Below are positions 9,751-18,968 of a stretch of 64,000 nt of DNA, in pieces (within the stretch, counting starts at the first letter, position 1; each line of letters starts with the position of its first letter). The stretch is from an uncultured Dehalococcoidia bacterium (GTDB taxonomy: Bacteria; Chloroflexota; Dehalococcoidia; DSTF01; JACRBR01): positions 2,710 through 66,709 of the forward strand of contig CAZAPT010000017.1 of the NCBI GenBank assembly GCA_964487335.1. The letters run 5' to 3'. Made by a program: the position numbers and the translations under genes. The notes beneath the pieces are model-generated. The model was not told where the DNA came from and did no database searches. It worked only from the letters and a program-made list of their open reading frames with translations.

Positions 9751-10191
9751 TCAGAGCGTAGCGCCGGCCTTCGCGAGCTTGGCGTCAACGTCGCGTAGCC
9801 GCTTGGCGATGATCGGCAGCATTGCGACGGCGATGTGAGGGCTGGTGCGCAGCTCGGCAACGAAATCCCATCGCGACAGCACGAGGCACTGGGTGTCCTC
9901 GAGGGTCCGGGCGGTCGCCGAGCGCGGTCCCCCGTCCAGAAGCGCCACCTCGCCGAAGCAATCACCGGCCTTGAAGTCCGCAAGCTTTTGCGTCTTCGAA
10001 CCGCTCGCCTGGACGACCTCTACCCGGCCGCTGGCGACGATAAAGAAGGCGACTGCCTGCTCGCCCTCCTTCACGATGGTCTCGCCCTTCTTGTAGTTCC
10101 GGACGACCACAGCCCGGCCGAGTCTCGTGAGGTCCTTGCGGCTCAGTTGCGAGAACAGTTCTACCTGCGCGAGCGTATCTTCGTGGGCCAT
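9751..10191 (-). CDS. Cyclic-nucleotide-binding domain protein (stand-alone cNMP-binding/CAP effector domain)
   Basis: Track ORF 9751..10368. The probable start is the internal Met (MAHEDTLAQVELF...). The cNMP-binding fold carries the FGEVALLDGGPRSATARTLEDTQCL segment. No C-terminal HTH. Confidence 0.65.
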   Translation of the reverse strand: MAHEDTLAQVELFSQLSRKDLTRLGRAVVVRNYKKGETIVKEGEQAVAFFIVASGRVEVVQASGSKTQKLADFKAGDCFGEVALLDGGPRSATARTLEDTQCLVLSRWDFVAELRTSPHIAVAMLPIIAKRLRDVDAKLAKAGATL

Positions 10192-10344
10192 CCGGAGGCT
10201 CCTCCCCGCGTAGCGGCCGGCGCGGCGCGGCCAGACTGGACGTGGGCGTATTCTACGTTCGCCCTTCGGCACCGGCAAGACGTGCCGGTTGGCCGATGGT
10301 ACTCGGGCAACGGTGAGGTATAGGCTATCGGCTAGAGGTAAGGG

Positions 10345-10809
10345 ATGGGCGAGCTTCCGCTCCTGCACATCACACAGACCGCGACGCGGGTAACGACGCT
10401 TGACCCCTGGGTGGCGGGCGCGGCGCTGGGCACGCTCGTCGTGGCGCTTGGCGTCATCTGGCGCGACCCTCTGCGACTACTCAGGCGGCCGAGGGTCGCG
10501 CGCGCCGTGGCGATGAGGCTCGCCGCACTGGCCGTGTTCTTCGCGCTGCCGCCGGCGGTGCTGCCGTACGACCACCTCTTCTTCGACGAGCCAGTCGCGA
10601 GCCACGCGGAAGAAGCTGCCCACTCGATGCACTGCCACCTTACTCCGGGGGCTTGTTCCGACGCTCCCCTCACCGCAGGGCCCGGGCAGTTCATCTTTGG
10701 AGATCCGCTGATCCCGGCGGCGGCGATCGTGCTCGTCGCACTCTACTTCGCGGCGCGTCCGATGTTCGGGCGCGTGCTGGAGCCAGACGTGCGGCCGCCA
10801 ATCGGCTGA
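10345..10809 (+). CDS. Hypothetical membrane protein with HSMHCH...C motif (possible metal-binding)
   Basis: 154 aa, about 3 TM segments. His/Cys cluster HAEEAAHSMHCHLTPGAC. Sits at the head of the cop gene run. Confidence 0.45.
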   Translation: MGELPLLHITQTATRVTTLDPWVAGAALGTLVVALGVIWRDPLRLLRRPRVARAVAMRLAALAVFFALPPAVLPYDHLFFDEPVASHAEEAAHSMHCHLTPGACSDAPLTAGPGQFIFGDPLIPAAAIVLVALYFAARPMFGRVLEPDVRPPIG

Positions 10810-10850
10810 CGCTCCGGAACCATCAAGCAAGCTGAACAGGTAGGTACAGG

Positions 10851-11390
10851 GTGATACGCCTGAAATACGTCGCGCTGCTCGCTTCAGCAGCAGCGCTCAT
10901 TACGGCTGCCGTCGCCTGCAGCGACAGCAGCAATAAACCGGCCGACGGATCATCGTCCGCGTCGCAGCAGAGCGTGGATGAGCTATCGACCCGCGTGCAG
11001 CAGGACGAGATGCTGAATGCGTGGGTCACGCTTTCGGCGATGCCACTGCATGACCTGGATGAGACGCTTCAGGGCGGAACGATCGACAGCAAGTACGTAC
11101 CCACGCTGCGTGCCGCGATCCGCGTGATCGCGTTGACAAACTTCACGAGCGACGTGAAGCCGCAAATGGACAAGATGCACGACGATGCCGTCGCGTTGCT
11201 TAACGCGATGGACGCCGGGCAAAGCGTGGACTCATTGAAGGACATGTCCGCAACGTTGCATGAGGACGCCCACGGCTTGTCGGCGCTCGGGAACTCGGTC
11301 GCGAAGGACCTGCCACCGAACGCGGGAGGGCCGGTCGCAACGGCGACTCCAAGCAACAGCGGCGGGACAACATCCACGCCCACACACTGA
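10851..11390 (+). CDS. Hypothetical lipoprotein, Met/His-rich helical (candidate periplasmic metal-binding)
   Basis: 179 aa. Signal peptide plus lipobox (AAVAC). MDKMHDD and HEDAHG motifs. Confidence 0.5.
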   Translation: MIRLKYVALLASAAALITAAVACSDSSNKPADGSSSASQQSVDELSTRVQQDEMLNAWVTLSAMPLHDLDETLQGGTIDSKYVPTLRAAIRVIALTNFTSDVKPQMDKMHDDAVALLNAMDAGQSVDSLKDMSATLHEDAHGLSALGNSVAKDLPPNAGGPVATATPSNSGGTTSTPTH

Positions 11391-11404
11391 ATGAGGAGCA
11401 CTCG

Positions 11405-12031
11405 ATGAAGAAGCTACTAGGAATGATCGCCGCTGCCGGAGTGACCGGCACGGTAGTGGCACTGGCCGTCGTCACAGGCGTCTTTGCGCATGCGCAGTAC
11501 GACAGCTCGACGCCGTCGAGCGGCGCGAACGTCACGACGCCACCGACGTCAGTCGTGATCAACTTCAAGGAGAATATCCAGAGGACGGCAGGAAGCTTTG
11601 GCGTCACGGTGACGAAGGACGGAGGAGGTGCAGTAACTTCCGGGCCGGCGACGGTCTCGGGTGACAGCCAGCTCACGGTCCCGCTGCAGTCCGGACTGAC
11701 GGCGGGGCGATACGTGGTGAACTGGAACAACACGTCGGAGGACGACGGCGATCCGCTGTCGGGCGCGTTCGCCTTCTACGTGAACACGCAGCCAACGTCC
11801 GCGCAGCAGTCGCAGGATACGCAGCTCGCGTCGATCGAGGCGAACGCACTGGCGACGGCGACCGCCGAGGCCGCATCGACGGGGTCTTCGTCCGCATTGC
11901 CGAAGTCGGGCACGGGTCCGTCCGACGGCACGTCGTACGAGGCGTGGGTCATCGTCGGGGCCCTTGCAGCGATGGCAGCGGGGGCAGGCGCGCTCGGCTT
12001 GGCGTACGGACGGAGCCGCGGCCGTCAATGA
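11405..12031 (+). CDS. copC: CopC-domain copper-binding protein with C-terminal LPKSG motif + TM + basic tail
   Basis: 208 aa. Signal peptide ending VFA-HAQYDSSTP (N-terminal His copper ligand of CopC). C-terminus ALPKSG...hydrophobic...RSRGRQ. Confidence 0.75.
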   Translation: MKKLLGMIAAAGVTGTVVALAVVTGVFAHAQYDSSTPSSGANVTTPPTSVVINFKENIQRTAGSFGVTVTKDGGGAVTSGPATVSGDSQLTVPLQSGLTAGRYVVNWNNTSEDDGDPLSGAFAFYVNTQPTSAQQSQDTQLASIEANALATATAEAASTGSSSALPKSGTGPSDGTSYEAWVIVGALAAMAAGAGALGLAYGRSRGRQ

Positions 12032-12043
12032 TGCGGCGGTAGA

Positions 12044-12751
12044 TTGAGGAGCGAGATGGACACTCCCCGCCGGTTCTGGCCACGGCCAGTGGTGTTCGGT
12101 GCGGCGTTCAGCGCGATCGTGATGGCGATCGCGCTGGCGCCGCACGCTGCGCTGGCGCATGCCCGGTACAAGTCATCGACGCCGGGTAAGGCCGAGGTCA
12201 TCGCGGCGGCACCGGCATCAGTCGAGATCACGTTCACCCAGAACGTGCAGAAGGTGAGCGGGACCTACGGGATCACGGTGAACCGCGACCGCGGGGCAGA
12301 TGTGACGGGCGGACCGGCGACGCTCGACGATACGGACCGGTCGAAGATGTCCGTAGCGTTGCAGGCGAACCTGTCACCCGGACGGTACGTGGTGAACTGG
12401 CACAACGTGTCCGATGACGACGGAGATCCGGCGGAAGGGGCGTTTTCGTTCTACGTAAACGTGCAGCCGACATCGGTGGACCTGGCGAACGACCAGCAGC
12501 TGGAGCAGATCGGCGCCGAGGAGGAGACGCCGGGCGCGGGTTCGCCGACGGCGGGCGGATCTCCGGCGGCGACGGCGCGGCCCGGGCCCACGAGCACGTC
12601 GGTCTCGGCGACCGCGTCCGCGACACCGGCATCGTCTTCGTCGGACAGTGGCGGAAGCAATTCGGGGCTGATCATCGGGATCGTCGTTGCCGTCGCGATC
12701 GTACTCATTGCGGGGGGCGGTTGGTTCATATTTATGAGGAATCGGCCATGA
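12044..12751 (+). CDS. copC: CopC-domain copper-binding protein, C-terminal TM anchor (tandem paralog)
   Basis: 235 aa. ALA-HARYKSSTP right after the signal peptide. Same fold as the preceding gene. Ser/Thr/Pro-rich linker plus TM. Confidence 0.75.
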   Translation: MRSEMDTPRRFWPRPVVFGAAFSAIVMAIALAPHAALAHARYKSSTPGKAEVIAAAPASVEITFTQNVQKVSGTYGITVNRDRGADVTGGPATLDDTDRSKMSVALQANLSPGRYVVNWHNVSDDDGDPAEGAFSFYVNVQPTSVDLANDQQLEQIGAEEETPGAGSPTAGGSPAATARPGPTSTSVSATASATPASSSSDSGGSNSGLIIGIVVAVAIVLIAGGGWFIFMRNRP

Positions 12752-12811
12752 AGGCCCCAGAGGGCTGCGTGAAGCCTTCGGGCGTAGATAGAGTGAGTTG
12801 ATGGGCGGAGC

Positions 12812-15232
12812 GTGGACAGTGGTGTGCGCATAAGCAAGCGACTTCGATTCGTCGTGCTCGGGATGCTCGCGGCTGTGATCGCCGCGGGCGCCCTGTCGGC
12901 CTCCACGCCGGCGGCCTATGCGCACGCCTCGCTCGTGCGCGCGAACCCGGGTAACAACGAGACGCTACGGCGGCCGCCGCTGCGGGTCACCCTGAACTTC
13001 AGCGAGGCGATCGAGCAGCGGCTGACTTCCATCCAGGTCGTGGACGGAAAGGACAAGAGCACCCGGGTCGATACGCAGGACCTGGCGTTCGACCCAGGCG
13101 ACCCAACGTTCGCGTCGATCGGACTCAAGGACCTTCAGCCGGGCCTCTACTTCGTCAAGTGGGCCAACGTTTCGGCGGTCGACGGGCACGAACTCGACGG
13201 GCAGTACCCGTTCATCATCCTGAATGCCGATGGTTCGTTCCCCGAGGGCGTGACGCTCGACAACGCGTCATCGAGCACCGGCGGCGATCTGCTACCGCGG
13301 AACATCGACTCGGCACTGAAGTGGATCGCTCTTCTGTCCCTGGCGACGGTCGCCGGAGCGGCGTTGTTTCTCATCGTCGTAATGCGGCCGGCGGCGGCGT
13401 TCCTGGAGGACAAGGAGTACCACACGGCGACGGACGCGGCAGAGCGGTGGGTGGTGAACATCGCGCACCTGCTATTGCCCGCGTCGTTCATCGCGACGGC
13501 GTTCCTGATATTGCTGACGGTGCATCGATTCGAGACCGGCACGAGCCTGTGGGAGTACCTGACGACGGTGCGGACCGGACAGTATCGGCTTGCGCAGCTC
13601 GCGCTGCTCGTCGTGGCGCTTGCCGGCGGTGACCTGCTGTTCCTGGGGCGAAGCGCACGCATGCGGGACATCGGGCTGGGCGTGTTGCTGGTGGCGTGCG
13701 GCGGAGCGCTGTTCACGTATTCGATGATCAGCCACGCGGCGACGGGACAGGGGAAGTTCTGGTCAGTGACGTCGGACTTTGTGCATCTGGTCGCATCGTC
13801 CGTCTGGCTGGGCGCGCTTGTCATGCTGCTGGCGTTCCTCCTATGGCGAAGGCGACGTCAGGCAACGGAACCGTCGGACGACGCGGACGCGACGCGCTTC
13901 CTGTTTATGGCGAATGTGCTGGACCGCTTCTCGGTCGTGGCGGCGGTGAGCGTGGTCGCGATCCTCGCGACAGGCGCGTTCAACGGGCTGGCGGACATCC
14001 CGAACCCCAGCGCGATGATCCACACGACGTACGGGAAGGTGCTGCTCGCGAAGCTGTCTCTGCTAGGGCCGCTGCTCGCAATCGCGGGGCTCAATGCCTT
14101 CTACTTCAAGCCGCGCATCGTGGCGATGGTCGATGGACTTTACCAGCGCGGTGGGACAGCGTCCGAGGCGCAGCGCGGCGCGTGGCGGCGGCGGTTGATG
14201 AGTATGCAGCGGGCGCTGCCGTGGACGGTGGCCGGCGAGATCGCGCTGGTGCTGGCGGTGTTCGGCGCAGTCGCCGTGCTGACGCAGGCATCGACGGCGA
14301 AGGGAGAGATCGCGTATCGCGTCGCGCAGACGACGGGAGCCTCGAAGTTCGAGCAGGCGACGACGCAAGACAACTTCAAACTCGACCTGCAGGTGACGCC
14401 GAACCGCGTGGGCACGAACGAGTATGACCTGGTCGTGCAGAACGCGGACGGGACGCCGGTGGACACCGTCACGCTCGCGCGGTTGCGCTTCACGTACACC
14501 GACATTCCGAACGCCGTCGCCGGCTCGGAGATCACGCTGAACCGCTTCGCGCCGGGGGAGTACAAGGGTGCAGGGTCGTACTTCACGCAGCAGGGGAACT
14601 GGCGCGTGGACATGACGGTCCGGCGATCGGACGAGGACGACATCAACCATGCGTTCGTGCTGCCGGTGAACGCGCAGCAGAACGCCACGACAAAGAACAA
14701 AGGCACGTTCGCGCTGCCGTTCTCGGTGTTCAGCTGGAACGAAGTGCTGGCGGGCATATTGGCGATCGGTGGCGCGATGCTGCTGCTGTACCGCCGGCCG
14801 ATCGGCGATCTGCGGCCGTGGGCGTATCGTGCGGACGTGACCCTGGCGACGCTGGTGCTGCTGGCATCGGCGACGCTGGCGTTTGGTGTACACACGCATT
14901 CGCCGGCGGGGAACCTGACGAACGGGAACCCGGTCAAGCCGACGGCCGACTCGGTGGCGCGCGGGAAGGAATTGTTCCAGTCGAACTGCGTGCAGTGCCA
15001 CGGGGTGGACGGCACAGGGAATGGCCCCGAAGCGGCGAGCCTCAGCCCGGCACCGACGGACTTCCGGCTGCACATGCCGTTGCATACCGACCCGCAGTTC
15101 TATGCGTTCATCGCCGACGGGTATGCAGGCACGCAGATGCCGGCGTTCGACAGCGCATTCCAGGACAAGAACGACATCTGGAACCTGGTGAACTACCTGA
15201 GGTCGGCGTTTAGCGGGCCGGCTTCGCAGTAG
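12812..15232 (+). CDS. CopC-CopD fusion (YcnJ-like) with YtkA-like beta-sandwich and C-terminal class I cytochrome c domain
   Basis: 806 aa. N-terminal AYA-HASLVRANP CopC domain, about 8 TM CopD region, beta-sandwich segment, then C-terminal CVQCHG ... TQMPAF (CxxCH haem site and Met ligand). Confidence 0.8.
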   Translation: MDSGVRISKRLRFVVLGMLAAVIAAGALSASTPAAYAHASLVRANPGNNETLRRPPLRVTLNFSEAIEQRLTSIQVVDGKDKSTRVDTQDLAFDPGDPTFASIGLKDLQPGLYFVKWANVSAVDGHELDGQYPFIILNADGSFPEGVTLDNASSSTGGDLLPRNIDSALKWIALLSLATVAGAALFLIVVMRPAAAFLEDKEYHTATDAAERWVVNIAHLLLPASFIATAFLILLTVHRFETGTSLWEYLTTVRTGQYRLAQLALLVVALAGGDLLFLGRSARMRDIGLGVLLVACGGALFTYSMISHAATGQGKFWSVTSDFVHLVASSVWLGALVMLLAFLLWRRRRQATEPSDDADATRFLFMANVLDRFSVVAAVSVVAILATGAFNGLADIPNPSAMIHTTYGKVLLAKLSLLGPLLAIAGLNAFYFKPRIVAMVDGLYQRGGTASEAQRGAWRRRLMSMQRALPWTVAGEIALVLAVFGAVAVLTQASTAKGEIAYRVAQTTGASKFEQATTQDNFKLDLQVTPNRVGTNEYDLVVQNADGTPVDTVTLARLRFTYTDIPNAVAGSEITLNRFAPGEYKGAGSYFTQQGNWRVDMTVRRSDEDDINHAFVLPVNAQQNATTKNKGTFALPFSVFSWNEVLAGILAIGGAMLLLYRRPIGDLRPWAYRADVTLATLVLLASATLAFGVHTHSPAGNLTNGNPVKPTADSVARGKELFQSNCVQCHGVDGTGNGPEAASLSPAPTDFRLHMPLHTDPQFYAFIADGYAGTQMPAFDSAFQDKNDIWNLVNYLRSAFSGPASQ

Positions 15233-15275
15233 AACGGCAGCCGTCTCGCTCCGAACTTGCCTCGAGGCACAAGCC

Positions 15276-16199
15276 TCAAAGGATCGCGATTGGATTGACC
15301 GGCGATCCAGTGCCGCCAAGTACAAGCAAGGGTGCGACGACGAGCAAGAACTCCCAGCGTGCGATCTCGTCGCACGCTCCCGCGAGCGCCTCGAAGTTCG
15401 CGTTATCCAGTAGCGCGAGGCCCATGTAGGGGATCGCTATCGAGTGAATTGGCAGCGCCGGAGCGCCGTACGCTTCCTGTCCGGCCGCTTCCATGAGATC
15501 CCAGCCGAGCAGCGCCGCGTTGTGCTCGTAGAGGAACTCGAGCGCTGACGCATGCAGGCCGGGCGCGCGCCAGACCGGCGAGAAATCTGGATTGGCCGCC
15601 CAGAACGCGCTCGCACCCATCCGGACCAGAACGGCGTCGCCGGGATCCGGACGGATGCCTTCGGAGTCGGCGATGTCGGCGAGCTCCCATCCATGCACAG
15701 GAGCATCGATCGACACGTGACCAACGCCGCGAAAGCGCGGCACGTCGTACAGGACTCCTCGGGTGACGATGCCGTCGCGCCAGCGATCGATGGAGTTGGC
15801 GGCGGCGCCTTCACTGGTGACATCTGATGCCGGACGATCGCCGTACATTCGGCCGTCGGGCGTGAAGATGTGGCAGAGCGCATCGACGTGCGTGTTGGCA
15901 AATCCGTGGTAAGAGACGCCGATGTAGTCGCCCGAGCCCATCCCATTGACATTGACCTTGTGTTCGGCCGGTGAAGGATTGCGATGCCCGGTCAGGACCC
16001 GAGCGGTGGCCAGCGGGTTCGCGAGCGATATCGAGCGACCGTCGCGCACCAAGTTGGCAGCGCGTCGCCGGGTGTCCGCGGAGATGTGATTGAGGGTGCC
16101 GAGCTGGTCGTCAGCGCCCCAACGGCCCCAGTTGTTGAATTGTGCCGCGTACCCGTGGTAGTCGTCGGGGCTTGGCATCTGGCGGTCTGCGAGCGACAT
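15276..16199 (-). CDS. Putative cyclase-family protein (kynurenine formamidase-like fold)
   Basis: 307 aa. Matches the putative cyclase family by overall sequence; motif-level call only. Confidence 0.65.
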   Translation of the reverse strand: MSLADRQMPSPDDYHGYAAQFNNWGRWGADDQLGTLNHISADTRRRAANLVRDGRSISLANPLATARVLTGHRNPSPAEHKVNVNGMGSGDYIGVSYHGFANTHVDALCHIFTPDGRMYGDRPASDVTSEGAAANSIDRWRDGIVTRGVLYDVPRFRGVGHVSIDAPVHGWELADIADSEGIRPDPGDAVLVRMGASAFWAANPDFSPVWRAPGLHASALEFLYEHNAALLGWDLMEAAGQEAYGAPALPIHSIAIPYMGLALLDNANFEALAGACDEIARWEFLLVVAPLLVLGGTGSPVNPIAIL

Positions 16200-16421
16200 G
16201 CCGGTTCCTTTCTGCTCGAGGCGCGGTAACGGGTCACGATTGCCCGAGACGCACTCGCGAGCAACTGCGGTCGCCAGCTCAAACAGCGGGGACGCCCTGA
16301 TCCGGGTGTCCAGCCGGTCGGCCGTCGGCGGCGGTTACGTCATTTACAACGATCCTCGCGCCGTCATAGACTTTACGACTACGGGACGGCATCGCCACGC
16401 TCGGAACGAGGGACGCCCGCG

Positions 16422-17873
16422 ATGGCCAAAGACGTCGAAGTACAGCGCCGGCTCGCGATCTCCCGCGTGCCGATCAACAAGCAGGACCCCGTCCAGCGGC
16501 GACGCAACTGGGACGAGGTCTTCCTCGGCTTCGACGCGGAGTCGGCGAAGGTCGAGGCAATGAGGTGCATCCAGTGCCCGACCGCACCATGCCAACAGGC
16601 GTGCCCCGTCGGCAACGACATCCCGGGCGCGTTCAAGCTGCTCGAGACCGGCGACATCGACGGGGCGGCGAACAAGTTCCGGGAGACGAGCAACCTGCCG
16701 GAGCTGTGTGGGCGGCTGTGCCCGCAGGAGCGGCTGTGCGAGGGTGAGTGCGTCGTGGCGTTCGCGATCCGGCCGGACATGCACCAGGAGCCGCCGGTGT
16801 CGATCGGGAAGCTCGAAGCGTTCGTCTCGGACTACCAGCGCGCGAACTACGGCATCCCGCTGCCGGTGCTGCCGGAGCCATCGGGATTCAAGGTGGCGAT
16901 CGTCGGCGCCGGGCCAGCGGGGCTCGCTGTGGCGGAAGAGCTGGCGAATAAGGGCCACGCGTGCACGATGTACGACGCGTGGCCGGAGCCGGGCGGGATC
17001 CTGTTATACGGGATCCCGAACTTCAAACTGAGCAAGTCGGTGCTCACAGACAAACTCAAGTACCTCGACAAGCTCGGCGTGAAGTTCGTTGGCAACACGT
17101 GGATCGGGAAGGAGATCACCGTCGACCAGCTCTTCGAAATGGGCTTCGATGCAGTGTTCGTGGGGACGGGCGCGGGGCTCGGCGGATCGCTCGCGATCCC
17201 GGGCGAAAAGGAGAACGACGGCATCTACGCGGCGACGGAGTTCCTGGTGCGCGGGAACCTGCGGCCGGACCAACTGCCTGAGAACATGCGCGACCCGCTG
17301 CGGATGGGAAAGCGGGTGGTGGTGATCGGGGGCGGCGATACGTCGATGGACTGCGTGCGCACGGCGGTACGGCTGGGGGCGGAGAACGTCACGTGCGTCT
17401 ACCGGCGCACGGAGACGGAGATGCTGGGCCGGACAGAGGAGCGGCAGCACGCACGCGAGGAAGGCGTGCGGTTCGAGTTCCTGACGATCCCGCTTCGGTT
17501 CATCGGCGAGGACGGGCACGTGACGGGCGTGGAGTGCCAGCGGATGGCGCTTGGCGAGCCGGACGAGTCGGGGAGGCGGCGGCCGGTGCCGGTGCCGCAC
17601 TCCGAGTTCATCGTGGCGGCGGACACGGTGGCGATCGCCATCGGATACAACGCCGACCCGACGATCAAGGACGCGGCGCCCGGCGTCGCCACGAACCGCT
17701 GGAACCTCGTGGAGGTACATCCGGAGACGTACATGACGTCGCGGCCCGGGGTGTTCGCGGGCGGGGACAACGTAAACGGTGCGGACCTGGTGGTGACGGC
17801 GCTCGCGGATGGGCGGCGGGCGGCACAGGCGATCGATGGGTATCTGGCAGGGCTGGCGGAGATGCGGGTGTAG
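16422..17873 (+). CDS. Glutamate synthase small-subunit-like (GltD/PreT family) FAD/NAD(P)H oxidoreductase with 2x[4Fe-4S]
   Basis: 483 aa. Cys clusters CIQCPTAPCQQACP and CGRLCPQERLCEGEC. Dinucleotide motifs VAIVGAGPAGLA and VVVIGGGDTSMD. Confidence 0.8.
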   Translation: MAKDVEVQRRLAISRVPINKQDPVQRRRNWDEVFLGFDAESAKVEAMRCIQCPTAPCQQACPVGNDIPGAFKLLETGDIDGAANKFRETSNLPELCGRLCPQERLCEGECVVAFAIRPDMHQEPPVSIGKLEAFVSDYQRANYGIPLPVLPEPSGFKVAIVGAGPAGLAVAEELANKGHACTMYDAWPEPGGILLYGIPNFKLSKSVLTDKLKYLDKLGVKFVGNTWIGKEITVDQLFEMGFDAVFVGTGAGLGGSLAIPGEKENDGIYAATEFLVRGNLRPDQLPENMRDPLRMGKRVVVIGGGDTSMDCVRTAVRLGAENVTCVYRRTETEMLGRTEERQHAREEGVRFEFLTIPLRFIGEDGHVTGVECQRMALGEPDESGRRRPVPVPHSEFIVAADTVAIAIGYNADPTIKDAAPGVATNRWNLVEVHPETYMTSRPGVFAGGDNVNGADLVVTALADGRRAAQAIDGYLAGLAEMRV

Positions 17874-17897
17874 TACCTCACCCCGCGCTGCGCGCGA

Positions 17898-17935
17898 CCC
17901 TCTCCACAATGTGGAGAGGGGGTTCTGTTTTGTGG
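17898..17935 (+). terminator. Intrinsic terminator after the gltD-like gene
   Basis: 9-bp stem CCCTCTCCA/TGGAGAGGG with 5-nt loop, followed by GGTTCTGTTTTGTGG. Confidence 0.55.
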
Positions 17936-18028
17936 CTATGTAGCGACTCGACGAACCTGTGAGCGATGAACGGCGCTAGTTGAGCTTCACCCGCCTGCCG
18001 CCTCTCGACCACCGGAGAGAGGGTCCGT

Positions 18029-18850
18029 TTAGAACGCCATTTGCTTTGGTGGGCGGACGACGATCTCCTGGACGTTGACGTCGATCGGTTGGGTGACGGC
18101 GTAGAGAACGGCGTTGGCTATGTCCTCGGGGCGACCGAGGATCTTGCGCATGCCGTCCGGCATCCGCTCGAAGACTTCGTCGGGGAGGCGCTCGCCCTGC
18201 TTCACGTCGACTACGACGCCGGCGGCCTTCACGATCCCGGATATAAGCGCGGGGTCCATGTTGCGTCCGAAGTTCGTTGCGATCACACCGGGCATGATGG
18301 TGACGACGCGGATGCTGTCGTCCTCGACTTCGTTGCGTAGCGTGTTCGAGATCACATTCACGGCGTGCTTGGTGGAGCCGTAGACGCCGGAGTCATTCCG
18401 CCGTGCCGCGCCACTGCTGATGTTGACGATGTGGCCTTCGGCGCGGCACGCGCGCATGGCCTTCACGGCGGTCTGGCAGCCGACGAGAAGGGCGAGAATA
18501 TTGACCTCGAGCATCTCGCGCCATTCGTCGGCGCTGCCATCGACGATCGGCGCCGGGTACGAGACGCCGGCGTTGTTCACCATGATGTCAAGACGGCCGG
18601 TATCCGCGGCGGCCTGATGGACTAGCGCACGGATCGACTCGGGCTGGCGGATGTCGCCCGTGACGACCGTGGCCTTCCCGCCGTCGCCCTCGATGCGCTG
18701 CTTCGATGCGTCCATGGCGTCGCGGGTGCGGCCGGCGAGGAAGATGTGGGCGCCGGCGCCACCGAGCGACTCAGCGATAGCGCGGCCGATACCGCTGGAA
18801 GCGCCGGTGACGACTGCGGTCTTGCCGGCGAGTTTCTTGTCGGATGGCAT
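18029..18850 (-). CDS. SDR-family oxidoreductase
   Basis: TGxxxGIG motif (VTGASSGIGRA) and YxxxK active-site region. Start taken at the internal Met (MPSDKKLAGK); the track ORF extends to 18919. Confidence 0.8.
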   Translation of the reverse strand: MPSDKKLAGKTAVVTGASSGIGRAIAESLGGAGAHIFLAGRTRDAMDASKQRIEGDGGKATVVTGDIRQPESIRALVHQAAADTGRLDIMVNNAGVSYPAPIVDGSADEWREMLEVNILALLVGCQTAVKAMRACRAEGHIVNISSGAARRNDSGVYGSTKHAVNVISNTLRNEVEDDSIRVVTIMPGVIATNFGRNMDPALISGIVKAAGVVVDVKQGERLPDEVFERMPDGMRKILGRPEDIANAVLYAVTQPIDVNVQEIVVRPPKQMAF

Positions 18851-18968
18851 GACGATCCTCCATGTTTCCGAACGCACTCTGTGCAGCTCAGCCTGACATG
18901 CGAAGGAGTGGAGTGCCACGCTAACGCAATGGACTCGCGCGCGACTCGTTCGCGGGTTTCATCCGCTT

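Noticed and set aside
12374-12925. 183-aa and 151-aa minus-strand ORFs antisense to the second CopC gene
   Set aside because: Arg-rich artefacts; the sense strand encodes CopC.
14063-15325. 420-aa minus-strand ORF (plus 311-aa ORF 14140..15075) antisense to the CopCD-cytochrome c gene
   Set aside because: Arg-rich, no motifs. The opposite strand has CopC/CopD/CxxCH domains.
16847-17909. Minus-strand ORFs (301 aa, 125 aa) antisense to the gltD-like gene
   Set aside because: Antisense GC artefacts. The sense strand has Fe-S and FAD/NAD motifs.
18001-18022. Hairpin CCTCTC-N-GAGAGG just downstream of the SDR gene (minus strand), similar in sequence to the gltD terminator
   Set aside because: Weak (6-bp stem, no U-tract on the relevant strand). 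It is probably half of a bidirectional terminator region rather than a repeat family; there are only two copies, which are not identical.
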